From: Spirochaetota bacterium
GTDB lineage: Bacteria; Spirochaetota; UBA4802; UBA5550
Direction of reading: 5' to 3'
NCBI GenBank assembly: GCA_963664815.2
Contig: CAXXHB010000003.1
Coordinates: 800,001-864,000 of the forward strand
Length of the DNA stretch: 64,000 nt
Made by a program: the position numbers and the translations under genes. Within the stretch, counting starts at the first letter, position 1. Every line of letters starts with the position of its first letter. The notes beneath the pieces are model-generated. The model made no database searches. It had not been told where the DNA came from and saw only the letters and a list, made by a program, of their open reading frames with translations. Positions 38,700 to 47,937 of this stretch are shown piece by piece.

Positions 38700-40142
38700 T
38701 TATTCCGGTTTCCTGTTATAAAAATTGGGATAGAGCTTTTTTGCACAGTTTGGACAGATACTGTGAGTAAATTCGGCATGTGAATGCTTGCTGATATAAC
38801 TTTCAAGCTGGCTCCAGTAACCGTTATCTTCACGGATCTTTTTGCATGATGCACATATCGGGAGGAGCCCTTTCAGATCTTTCACCTCTGAGAGGGCATT
38901 GTTCAGTTCATTATTTGACTTCTGCAGCTCCAGTGTTCTCACCTCAACAATGAGTTCAAGATTATTTTTCAGATTGCTCAGTTCGGTGTTTGCCGAAGTG
39001 ATCTCCATATGGGCTTTCTTAAGGTTGGATACCATACTGTTGAATGTTGAGGCCAGAACTCCGAATTCATCAGATCTGTTTATATTTACCGAACAGTCGA
39101 GATCCCCTTCACTGACTTTTTCTGTTACCCTGGTAAGGTTTCTTATGGGAAACGTAATATATTCAGCCAGTATCCATGTGAGTATTATTGTGATCAGAAA
39201 AGTCAGGATAGATACGGCAGCAGATATTATCATGATTGATTTTTTAAAACTTGCAACCTCTTCCTGAAAAATCTCAACAACTACGAGACCATTTGCAATT
39301 CCCTCACTGTCTGCAATTACGCCGTAAACAGTCGTAACATTATCCCCGTATATACTTGTCTGAATATTTCTCCTTACTACAGTACTTTGTCCGCTCTTGA
39401 TTATCTCTTTGCACTGATCGACAACATACCTGGATTCCGCATAGAGTTCTCCAGGCATGCTCTGTGATTCACCCCTGCCGGTGAATGAGCAGTATAATTC
39501 AAACGGTTTGCCGCTTATCATGACTTTTGAGTAGAGCTCACGGTTTTTTATGCTGAGTTTTTTCCCTGAAGCTTCAAGTATAAGAGGCGATTTTGAAACA
39601 ATACGGGCGAGTTCATTATCGCCGAGAAAAAGAACCCCCTCCGGGCTTATTTTCAGCGGGATTTTGTTATCTCCGATATGGATATTAAAATCTTCAGTAT
39701 AGACAATTTCATTGTATTTAATGTTAATTTTGTTATCGTTTCCTATTGAAAGCGCAAGACCGAAGAACTCGGTTGTTATCCATATTATATCAACAGGATT
39801 AATATCCGCATCGATGATATAGGAAACGCGCTCTTTTTCTCTGTCGTAGTTTATTGTAAAAAGATAGGTTACATATTTCTCATTGAGCCTTATTTTATTC
39901 AGATAATGCAGGTATTTCCGGTATTCTTTATCCCCCATTGCCTTAAGCGTGGTAAAGGTTTTATGCCTGTCGCCATCAATTGAGAGCGCTATAGAACGCG
40001 CCAGGGACTGTTTGCTGCTGATAAATGACTGGTAATACAACTCGCCGGCATATTTATACAGAGAGCCACCGATTGAGGCTGCAACCAGTATATTAATAAT
40101 AAGCGAATAGAAGATAATTTTTTTCTTGAGATTCAGTTTCAT
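38700..40142 (-). CDS. Membrane sensor: extracytoplasmic domain + HAMP + coiled coil + C-terminal Cys/His domain
   Basis: Two TM segments, PIRNL..GDL..DEFGVLASTFNSM HAMP, LLPICASCKKIR..YW..E.Y..FTHSICPNC; no kinase core. Confidence 0.85.
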   Translation of the reverse strand: MKLNLKKKIIFYSLIINILVAASIGGSLYKYAGELYYQSFISSKQSLARSIALSIDGDRHKTFTTLKAMGDKEYRKYLHYLNKIRLNEKYVTYLFTINYDREKERVSYIIDADINPVDIIWITTEFFGLALSIGNDNKINIKYNEIVYTEDFNIHIGDNKIPLKISPEGVLFLGDNELARIVSKSPLILEASGKKLSIKNRELYSKVMISGKPFELYCSFTGRGESQSMPGELYAESRYVVDQCKEIIKSGQSTVVRRNIQTSIYGDNVTTVYGVIADSEGIANGLVVVEIFQEEVASFKKSIMIISAAVSILTFLITIILTWILAEYITFPIRNLTRVTEKVSEGDLDCSVNINRSDEFGVLASTFNSMVSNLKKAHMEITSANTELSNLKNNLELIVEVRTLELQKSNNELNNALSEVKDLKGLLPICASCKKIREDNGYWSQLESYISKHSHAEFTHSICPNCAKKLYPNFYNRKPE

Positions 40143-40564
40143 AAAGAATAAAAGTCCCGGTTTTATATCTGACTCTGTTTGTTTAGAATATGATAACTAA
40201 TATGATACTTAAAGAACAGGATTAAGGCAATTTATTTACATGAAATTAATACAGATATATACATTCGTTTTTTACAGATAATATGAAATTCAACTCCCTG
40301 AAATTATATTAAACAGGGAGTAATAGTTCACGAGCATGTAATTTATTGTAAATATGAAACAGGATTTTTTACTTATATTAAGCTGAGAAATACATATACT
40401 ATTACGTCAAGAAAGTTGCAAAAGTGTAAAATATTATTTTAATTTTATATGCAAATTGGAGTCTTATGGGAAACTAACAGCTATTATAATGCAGTTTTCA
40501 TAACTTAAAGAGAGAAATGCACTTAATGTTAATTCAGTGATCTGTATTAATATATGGACGATTG

Positions 40565-40597
40565 TATTACTCCACCATTAATGACAGTGGAGTAATA
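40565..40597. terminator. 11-bp inverted repeat downstream of the flavoprotein gene
   Basis: TATTACTCCAC..GTGGAGTAATA. Confidence 0.45.
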
Positions 40598-40639
40598 GAG
40601 TATTTTCTGTTAAAAAATTCCGGAGATAGCGAACAGTGT

Positions 40640-41182
40640 TTATTTTACGAGACTGATTCCGAAACTTAAACCATCATTCAGCGCCTTTTCATTTTTACTG
40701 ACCGGCTGAGCCCCTGTGCATACGCCGAGAACGCCGGATGCCTCCATTTTAAGGTAATCGCATATTTCCCTGAATAATACTTCAGTTGTTTCCGGACCGG
40801 AGTTGGGGAGCTCACCCTCGTAGGTCATAATAAGGGCGACCTTTTTTCTGCCGCACCTGAAATCCATACCGTACAGCCTGTCTACCATGGTTTTCATCTG
40901 AGCGGTAATGCTCCACCAGTAGATTGGCGTGGCGAGAATAATTATATCTGATTTCGCTGCCGCTGAATATATTTTCTGCATGTCGTCTTTTACGACACAT
41001 CCTGAGCTTCCCTCTTTTTTGCATGAATTGCACCCTCTGCAGGGTGCTATATTCATCTCCTGCAGAAAAAAAGATTCGCTTTCAGCATCAGTGCATGAAT
41101 GAATCCCTTTGAGTACTGAGTCAAGCAGGGTTGCTGTATTCCCGTTTTTACGCGGACTTCCCAGGAATGACGTTATTTTCAT
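40640..41182 (-). CDS. Flavodoxin-fold / iron-sulfur flavoprotein (FMN reductase family)
   Basis: GSPRKNGNT, CRGCNSC..C..KDDM, ATPIYW. Confidence 0.92.
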   Translation of the reverse strand: MKITSFLGSPRKNGNTATLLDSVLKGIHSCTDAESESFFLQEMNIAPCRGCNSCKKEGSSGCVVKDDMQKIYSAAAKSDIIILATPIYWWSITAQMKTMVDRLYGMDFRCGRKKVALIMTYEGELPNSGPETTEVLFREICDYLKMEASGVLGVCTGAQPVSKNEKALNDGLSFGISLVK

Positions 41183-41218
41183 GATATTGCCTCCTTAGAT
41201 AATAATTTGAATTTTTCC

Positions 41219-42049
41219 TTACATATACCCGGTAAAAGAAAGAATATCATCCGCAAGTCTCCGGGGAGATTCAATCGCTGTCATGTGGCCGATTCCTTTA
41301 TATTCAACCAGTTTTGCGCCGGGAATCTCTTTAGCCATCAGCTTGCTTGATTCGATAAAGAGATCATCTTTTTCTCCGTATATAATTAAGACAGGGCATG
41401 ATATTTTCCTGAGACCTTCAACCATCGGGTCGGGGTCAGTATAAAACGAACGTATAAAAGCGGCAATAGTGGCAGTTTTATTAATGATTGTCATCTCTCT
41501 TGCAATCTTCATAAACGTCTCCCGTGATTCCGATTCCATAATACCCCGGTAAAACGGCCCTGGATTTACATAAAGGTCTTTAAAAACATCATCCCATGTA
41601 GAATTCTCAAAACTTTTTGCGAACTTGTCGTTGAACCTGTCGATTGACTCAGGTTTTGCCTTGATGTTGGAAGTTGTGGAAGCCGTATCTGTCAGTATCA
41701 GGGAATGCAGACGGCTCCATTTTTTCATTGCGTACCGTGACGAAAGGAATCCCCCGGAGGAATGAGTCAAGAGATGAAATTTATCTATGCCGAGATGATC
41801 GGCGAGGGCGTCGATATCCCCGGCAATTGTCTCAACGTCAAAACCGAATGGTTCTCCATTAACAACCGTGCGGCCGTGTCCCCGCATCTCCATTGATATT
41901 ACCCTGAATTTTTCAGAAAGTCTACCTGTTACACCTGGAAGGCTCCAGTACAGCGTGCTTTCGCTCAACCCATGTAATGTAATCATCGGCTCGCCATTTC
42001 CTGTTTCCTCGTAATAAATCTCCGCGTTTCCTCTTTTAAACACCGGCAT
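41219..42049 (-). CDS. Alpha/beta hydrolase
   Basis: LHGLS, MRGHGRT, nucleophile elbow THSSGG, GEKD, GIGH. Confidence 0.9.
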   Translation of the reverse strand: MPVFKRGNAEIYYEETGNGEPMITLHGLSESTLYWSLPGVTGRLSEKFRVISMEMRGHGRTVVNGEPFGFDVETIAGDIDALADHLGIDKFHLLTHSSGGFLSSRYAMKKWSRLHSLILTDTASTTSNIKAKPESIDRFNDKFAKSFENSTWDDVFKDLYVNPGPFYRGIMESESRETFMKIAREMTIINKTATIAAFIRSFYTDPDPMVEGLRKISCPVLIIYGEKDDLFIESSKLMAKEIPGAKLVEYKGIGHMTAIESPRRLADDILSFTGYM

Positions 42050-42084
42050 TGTATGCTCCTTAAAATTATATTTATTTTCAGTAA

Positions 42085-42197
42085 TAATTCCTTTACATAT
42101 AATTTAATATAAAATGAACGGCAATATAACACCGCCGCCTCCGGCGACGGTGATAATTAAACGTTTATTCTGAATTAAAGTAAACATTAAGGAATTA
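42085..42197. repeat. ~113-bp element with terminal inverted repeats and a central GC hairpin (copy 1)
   Basis: AATTCCTTTA ... CACCGCCGCC-TCC-GGCGACGGTG ... TTAAGGAATT. Confidence 0.7.
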
Positions 42198-42288
42198 ACT
42201 TTGATAATCAATAATAATTTTTCTGTAAATATATTAATGCAGATGTAAATAATATATCATCAGAAAATTTGTCAGATTCACAGCCGGT

Positions 42289-42906
42289 TCAGTCTGTCAG
42301 CCATTTCACCTCGTAAGAGTCTATGGGACACCTTGCCCCGATAATTTTAAGTCTCCCCTCCTCAACCATTTTTTTACAGACAGGCTCAAGTTTTTTCAGG
42401 TATTTTACCGTGTCAATTATATGACGGTCAATTGCATTTGAGACTTTATCTCCATCCATGTCTTTTGTCTTTTCCACAGCGTGGAAGATGTTTTCAAGAA
42501 CATTAAATACATGGCCCCTGACTTCCGTGTGATTCACCGCTGCCGTGACAGCCCCGCAGTTATCGTGACCCATGACAACTATAAGCGGCACGTTGAGATG
42601 TTCAACGGCATACTCAATGCTGCCGGCTGCGTCACTCCCTATTACATGTCCCGCTGTCCGTACAACAAAAAGATCACCTTCGCGGTTAGCGAAGATTATT
42701 TCCGGAGGAAAACGCGAATCGGAGCAGCTTACTATAATTGCAAATGGATGCTGCCCCTCTGTAAGTTTTTTCCTCTGCTCAATATATTTTGGTCCCCTCT
42801 CGGGATCCTCCGCATGCCTTCTCATTATAATGAGCCTTCTGCGGTTTCCGATATTCAGCAGTTCAATAGACTTCTCTGAAGTAAAACGCTGTACCACGTG
42901 ATCCAT
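42289..42906 (-). CDS. Beta-class carbonic anhydrase
   Basis: GQHP, CSDSR, GDLFVVRTAG, SIEYAV and GHDNCGAV zinc-ligand motifs. Confidence 0.94.
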   Translation of the reverse strand: MDHVVQRFTSEKSIELLNIGNRRRLIIMRRHAEDPERGPKYIEQRKKLTEGQHPFAIIVSCSDSRFPPEIIFANREGDLFVVRTAGHVIGSDAAGSIEYAVEHLNVPLIVVMGHDNCGAVTAAVNHTEVRGHVFNVLENIFHAVEKTKDMDGDKVSNAIDRHIIDTVKYLKKLEPVCKKMVEEGRLKIIGARCPIDSYEVKWLTD

Positions 42907-42942
42907 AGGAATCCCCCGTTGTTATTTTATTTAAAAAACGTA

Positions 42943-43046
42943 AATTCCTTAATATATATTTTAATATAAAATAAGTGATTCTATTCCAGCGCCGCCTCCG
43001 GTGGCGTTGGAATAGAGCATTTTCTACTAAACGAAGTTAAGGAATT
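42943..43046. repeat. 104-bp element with terminal inverted repeats and a central GC hairpin (copy 2)
   Basis: Perfect AATTCCTTAA/TTAAGGAATT ends; CTATTCCAGCGCCGCC-TCC-GGTGGCGTTGGAATAG hairpin. Confidence 0.75.
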
Positions 43047-43134
43047 ATTATTAATTTAAAGATAATACGAACTGCGGATCAGGCAATCTTTAGTGATAAA
43101 AAAAGCAATATGACATGTTTTATTGAAGAGTATT

Positions 43135-44193
43135 TTAAATACTGACTACCTTAATTGAATTTTTATGATGCCTTTTTTTTGCCCGGGATCTGGTTTCATT
43201 CTTGGTAACAATTTTTTTATGTTTTATATTCTTAAGTGCATGTTTTTTAGCCGGATGAACCGTGGATTTTATCATTGCTTCCTTTTTATTATCTGTTTCT
43301 GTTATAACAGGCATCATGGCTAAATTATCTGCTATTATTTTTTTTATTCTTTCAGGGTAGGTTATAACTGAATTTTTATTCATGTTGCTGCTTTTTTCAT
43401 CAACGGCCTGTGCTGTATTTAAATTTTCAGGGCTGATCTTTGTTTCTGCAACTGCCCCGTTCTCTGAATTTTTGATCATATAGGTTATAAACTCTTTTTG
43501 TCTCGGTTTTGTCATAAGATAGCGGTTAATGTGAAAGTTGTCATCAAGAGGGAGGGATGTCACATTTGGTACTACAGTCATTCCGTATTTATAACCTGCA
43601 TTTTTTGATTCGCTGACAGCGGCATCACAGTTCAGGCCGAACGGATACACCATGGTTTCAATCTTCCTGTTCAGTTTCTCTTCAAGGACTTTCTTTGATG
43701 TATAAATCTCTTTTTTAAAGTCAAAGGGGCTCTTTTTATAAAACTTTTCGGATAAAAAAAGGTGATAATATCCGTGGGATGCGATGTAGCAGCCGTCATC
43801 AGAAAGCTCTTTTACCTGGTTCCAGGTCATGGCATAATGCATCCTGCTGATCACGGCGGGATATATTGCAAGTACCGGTTTTATTCCCAAAGGTTTCATT
43901 ACCGAATAGTATGTCTGGTATACAGAATGATTGCCGTCGTCGATAGTAACAAGAATATTCCTGTTCCCGGAAATTCTGTTGTTTATAACATCTTCAAAGG
44001 AAACAAAATTAAACCCATTATCCTTCAGTCTCCGGAGCTGGCTTCTGAACTGGTCATTTGAAAAAGAGTAGGGGTCCTTTTTTTCCAGGAATGCATGGTA
44101 GCAGAGAATATAAACACTTTCTGAATATGAAGGTGCGGCAAGGATAAACAGTAACAGAGTGGAAATTAATAGCCTGATTTTATTTTTTTTCAC
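43135..44193 (-). CDS. Secreted polysaccharide deacetylase (PgaB/IcaB-like) with a Lys-rich tail
   Basis: Signal peptide, ILCYH, VTIDDG, SHGYYH, YPFG; basic C-terminus. Confidence 0.88.
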   Translation of the reverse strand: MKKNKIRLLISTLLLFILAAPSYSESVYILCYHAFLEKKDPYSFSNDQFRSQLRRLKDNGFNFVSFEDVINNRISGNRNILVTIDDGNHSVYQTYYSVMKPLGIKPVLAIYPAVISRMHYAMTWNQVKELSDDGCYIASHGYYHLFLSEKFYKKSPFDFKKEIYTSKKVLEEKLNRKIETMVYPFGLNCDAAVSESKNAGYKYGMTVVPNVTSLPLDDNFHINRYLMTKPRQKEFITYMIKNSENGAVAETKISPENLNTAQAVDEKSSNMNKNSVITYPERIKKIIADNLAMMPVITETDNKKEAMIKSTVHPAKKHALKNIKHKKIVTKNETRSRAKKRHHKNSIKVVSI

Positions 44194-44534
44194 AGCGGGT
44201 CTCTCTTTTTATCTATATATAGATCTGATCGATAAAAAACCGTTTTATATCAAGCAATTATATATTAATTGCCGGAAAATATTTTTAAAAACGGTTTATC
44301 GTGTATTTTTTAACAATAATGGTGTTCATTAATCCGGAATTTTCTTTTTACTTGACTTAAGAGATTATTCCTCTGTTACAATTATAAACAGGTTGATAAA
44401 ATACCGGCTGATGAACAGCAATGTATTACCATCGACCTCAGCTATTCAGTGAAATAATAATATCCACGACAAAACAATAACCAGGTGTTAAAAGAACCGG
44501 ATATAATTACGGAATTTGTGGAGGTAACTATAGA

Positions 44535-45941
44535 ATGAGAATAAGAATTGCCGAACCTGAAATTGATAAAGATAATCCCTTTCTTCATGATAAGCTGGAG
44601 AGGAAACAGAGTGCAATAGTATTAACACAGCTTTTCGGCAATGTTGACGGGCCTTTTGTCCTCTGCCTTAATTCGGCTTCGGGATCAGGCAAAACAGTTT
44701 TTATAAGGATGCTCAGGCAGCATCTTTTTAATGAGGGATTCCCGTCGATCTATTTTAATGCCCGAGAGTCTGACTACCAGGATAACCCGCTGATGGCATT
44801 TATAGGTGAGATAAATTCAGGTTTTGACGAGTTGAAAAAACAGGGCTTTGAATCTGAAAGAGCAAGAAAAGTATTCAAGAAGATTAAAAAGACCGGAAAG
44901 GATATAGTAAAAAAATCAATCCCCGCTGTTGTTAAAATAGCGTCTCACGGGACACTGGATATAGAAAAGGGAATGGATGATACTTTTTCCGAATTTGTCT
45001 CCGGTGTTCTGGAAGAACAGATAAAAAATTATTCAGCCACAAAAGATCATGTTAAGAAATTCAGAGAACAATTAAAGGAGATGGTTGAAGATCTACAGAA
45101 GAATGAGAATAACAGAGAACAGACAATAAGGCCATTGATTTTTTTTATTGATGAACTGGATCTCTGCAGACCGGATTATGCAATACAGGTACTTGAAAAG
45201 ATTCAACATTTCCTTGAAGTTGAGGGTATAATTATTGTTCTGGGTATGGACATGGAACAGATCGGATATTCAGTTAAAACCGTGTTCGGTCAGAATATGA
45301 AAGAACGGAATTATCTCAGAAAATTTATTGATTTTGAATACAATTTAACATCAGATAATTATACCGGTGAATTGTACTGTGGATATCTGTCAACTGAAAC
45401 ACCCTTAACTGAAATAATAAACAAAAATTCAAATCCTGAAATTTTGACTGAGGAACTGAAATATTCGGCGATGTTAATGGCATCGACATTTTCATTATCA
45501 TTGCGCGATCTGAACCTGCTGTGCAGTTCTGTTTATCTGTTTTTCCTGTCCTGCGAAAATTTAAGAACGGAGGCTGTTTCCCTGTCGGTGATATTGATCT
45601 CTTTAAAAATGCGGCATACAAAGCTGTTCAATCAGGTGATGAATAAAGAGAGAACAGTTCTCTATGTAATTAATGAGTTAAACAAGATAAAAAGAGAAAA
45701 TAATGCCGTTAAAGAATACGATAAGTTTTTTATTGAAAGACGTATCTCTTCACTAAGCTTAAAAAAATTCACTGAAGAGGAATACCAGCACCAGGTGTTA
45801 TCGGGTTCTGTAAATACCAATAATGAACATATCAAAGTATATAAAACAATAAAAGAGAATAACAGATCGGAAAGTGCTGAATTGTTTACAGAAGTGTTGA
45901 TAAAAAGACTAAAGTTTCTCGACTCATTTAAGATTAACTGA
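44535..45941 (+). CDS. KAP-family P-loop NTPase
   Basis: DKLERK, NSASGSGKT Walker A, YFNA, FFIDELDLCRPDYA Walker B, YLRKFIDFEY; GGAGG RBS. Confidence 0.88.
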   Translation: MRIRIAEPEIDKDNPFLHDKLERKQSAIVLTQLFGNVDGPFVLCLNSASGSGKTVFIRMLRQHLFNEGFPSIYFNARESDYQDNPLMAFIGEINSGFDELKKQGFESERARKVFKKIKKTGKDIVKKSIPAVVKIASHGTLDIEKGMDDTFSEFVSGVLEEQIKNYSATKDHVKKFREQLKEMVEDLQKNENNREQTIRPLIFFIDELDLCRPDYAIQVLEKIQHFLEVEGIIIVLGMDMEQIGYSVKTVFGQNMKERNYLRKFIDFEYNLTSDNYTGELYCGYLSTETPLTEIINKNSNPEILTEELKYSAMLMASTFSLSLRDLNLLCSSVYLFFLSCENLRTEAVSLSVILISLKMRHTKLFNQVMNKERTVLYVINELNKIKRENNAVKEYDKFFIERRISSLSLKKFTEEEYQHQVLSGSVNTNNEHIKVYKTIKENNRSESAELFTEVLIKRLKFLDSFKIN

Positions 45942-46060
45942 TCCTATATTGCCAGTTACATCTTCATTTTTAAATCATAAAGTAGTTATTCCAACACTCT
46001 TAAGATATTTGTCCCTGTAATCGTCATAATCCTTTCTGGGCTTATGAACATCCTTATTAA

Positions 46061-46084
46061 AAAAGAGGGGTGCTCCCCTCTTTT
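46061..46084 (-). terminator. Bidirectional Rho-independent terminator
   Basis: AAAAGAGGGG-TGCT-CCCCTCTTTT. Confidence 0.85.
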
Positions 46085-46097
46085 ACGATAAGAAATA

Positions 46098-46295
46098 TCA
46101 GTTCTTCGGAGCAGCTTTTGGTTTTGCTTTTGCTTTGGGTTTTGATTTTGTTTCTGCTTCTTTTTTCTTCGCAGCAGCCATATCAGTTTTAAGTTTAGCT
46201 ATTGCTGCTGTTTCAGCTTTGATTTCTTTCTGACACTTTGCCACTTTTGCTGTCTTTCTTTTGATTGTGTTTTCAATTTGTTTTGCAGTTGCCAT
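46098..46295 (-). CDS. Small Lys/Ala-rich basic protein (histone H1-like)
   Basis: AAGGAG RBS, own terminator, coiled-coil N-half and KPKAKAKPKAAPK tail. Confidence 0.8.
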   Translation of the reverse strand: MATAKQIENTIKRKTAKVAKCQKEIKAETAAIAKLKTDMAAAKKKEAETKSKPKAKAKPKAAPKN

Positions 46296-46519
46296 ATGTA
46301 CTCCTTGTTTTTTATTAAATTATTTATAAATTTATTAACTGGAAAATAATCGTATAACACTTGAAATATCGGAACATCGTTCTTCGGGCTTTAATATATT
46401 CTTTAAATTTTTTACAAACATAGTTCCGGTTGTTCTTCAGCTCAGGTATGAAGACGGTTATTAAAAAAAGGAGTATTATGGTTTATACGGAAGGATGAAT
46501 GAGAAAACAATTGTCAGTT

Positions 46520-47920
46520 TCAGCATGGGAAGAATCGGCTCATTATCCTTTTAACTTCATTTATATTTACCGGTTTTGAGATCAGATCATTCATACCCGC
46601 ACTGTGGAGTTTATCTTTTTCCTCTTTTAAAACTCCGGCTGTGACTGCTATTATAACCGCGTTTCTGCTTTTACCGGAACTCCTTATCTCCAGTGCAGCT
46701 TCGAAGCCGGTTTTCAGCGGCATTATATTATCCATGAAGATAAGATCGTATTCTTTATTTCTGCATCTGTCAACGGCCTCTTCCCCGTTGACGGCGCTAT
46801 CCGTGTGTAATTCAAGTATATTCAGAATTTTATCAAAAAGTCTCATGCTGGTTGAGTTATCTTCGGCAACAAGTATTGAGATATCTTTTCTGAAATTTAT
46901 CCCGTCACTGATAATTCCATTTTCCGGTTCAGCTCCCTGCAGTTCATCAATACCTCTTTCCAGAGTCAATTCGAAACAGAATCGGGAGCCTTTACCATAC
47001 TCGCTTTTAAGAATTATGTCACTCCCCATTTGCCGGACTATCTGTTTGCATATTGTCAGCCCCAGGCCTGTGCCTCCGGTTAGCTCATAAATATTTGATT
47101 TTGACTGTATAAATGGCTCAAACAGGATATCTTTCTCTTCATCTTTGATGCCGATTCCGGTGTCGGAAACAGAGATTAATATCTTTTCCTTTTCTCCTGC
47201 TGATCCTCCATAGACGGCCTCTATTACAATTCCTCCTGTGCTGGTAAACTTTACTGCATTGGAAATCAGGTTATTCAGTACCTGTTTTAATCTCATGGGA
47301 TCACCCATTAGTATGCCGGGAATCGCGTCATCATAATTAATTATAAGATATAATCCTTTCTCTTCTGCTTTAGGTATATTAAGCGAAGAGCTTTCGTTTA
47401 TGATTTTTTTCAGGCTGAAATTCTTTTCCTCGAATATCATTTTCCCCGATTCGATTTTTGAAAGGTCAAGTATGTCATTGACAAGAAAAAGAAGAATATC
47501 GGAGGCGTTTTTTATCTCTCCGGCATATTCTCCCTGCTGTGAATTTAAATCTGTTTTTCCAAGGAGTGACAGGTAACCAATTACCGCATTCATCGGTGTC
47601 CTGATTTCATGAGACATGTTTGCAAGAAATTCACTTTTAAACCTGTCCGATTTCTCGGCTTTTTCTTTTGCAAATAAAAGCTGAAGATTCGCGGATTCAA
47701 GTTCTATAGTTTTTTCATTGAGAACGCTTTTTGCCTTTTCCAGTTCCTCCTTCTGTTCGGTCAGCTGTTTCAGAACAAATTTATAAATATTCTGATACCT
47801 GTCATTTGCCTCTTCGATAAGAATTCTGGATAGCGTGTCCTGCTTAAGCTTTCGTTCAAGCAGTCTGATCTTCTTTTCAAGATCATATATCCTTTTTTTC
47901 TCGTCATCGGCTGCAGGCAT
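46520..47920 (-). CDS. Cytoplasmic hybrid sensor histidine kinase/response regulator
   Basis: FLANMSHEIRTPMN, NLISNAVKFT, DTGIGI, GGTGLGL; receiver AEDN..FMDNIMP..KP; N-terminal coiled coil only. Confidence 0.95.
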   Translation of the reverse strand: MPAADDEKKRIYDLEKKIRLLERKLKQDTLSRILIEEANDRYQNIYKFVLKQLTEQKEELEKAKSVLNEKTIELESANLQLLFAKEKAEKSDRFKSEFLANMSHEIRTPMNAVIGYLSLLGKTDLNSQQGEYAGEIKNASDILLFLVNDILDLSKIESGKMIFEEKNFSLKKIINESSSLNIPKAEEKGLYLIINYDDAIPGILMGDPMRLKQVLNNLISNAVKFTSTGGIVIEAVYGGSAGEKEKILISVSDTGIGIKDEEKDILFEPFIQSKSNIYELTGGTGLGLTICKQIVRQMGSDIILKSEYGKGSRFCFELTLERGIDELQGAEPENGIISDGINFRKDISILVAEDNSTSMRLFDKILNILELHTDSAVNGEEAVDRCRNKEYDLIFMDNIMPLKTGFEAALEIRSSGKSRNAVIIAVTAGVLKEEKDKLHSAGMNDLISKPVNINEVKRIMSRFFPC

Positions 47921-47937
47921 TGGGTTTACTCTGAGTA

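Noticed and set aside
42943-43046. Integron attC site
   Set aside because: The ends do not give a matched RYYYAAC/GTTRRRY pair in both copies, there is no intI, and the neighbours are ordinary genes rather than cassettes.
44405-44470. Hammerhead ribozyme (CTGATGA...GAAA) upstream of the KAP NTPase
   Set aside because: The core words are present, but stem II gives only 2 bp and stem I does not pair.
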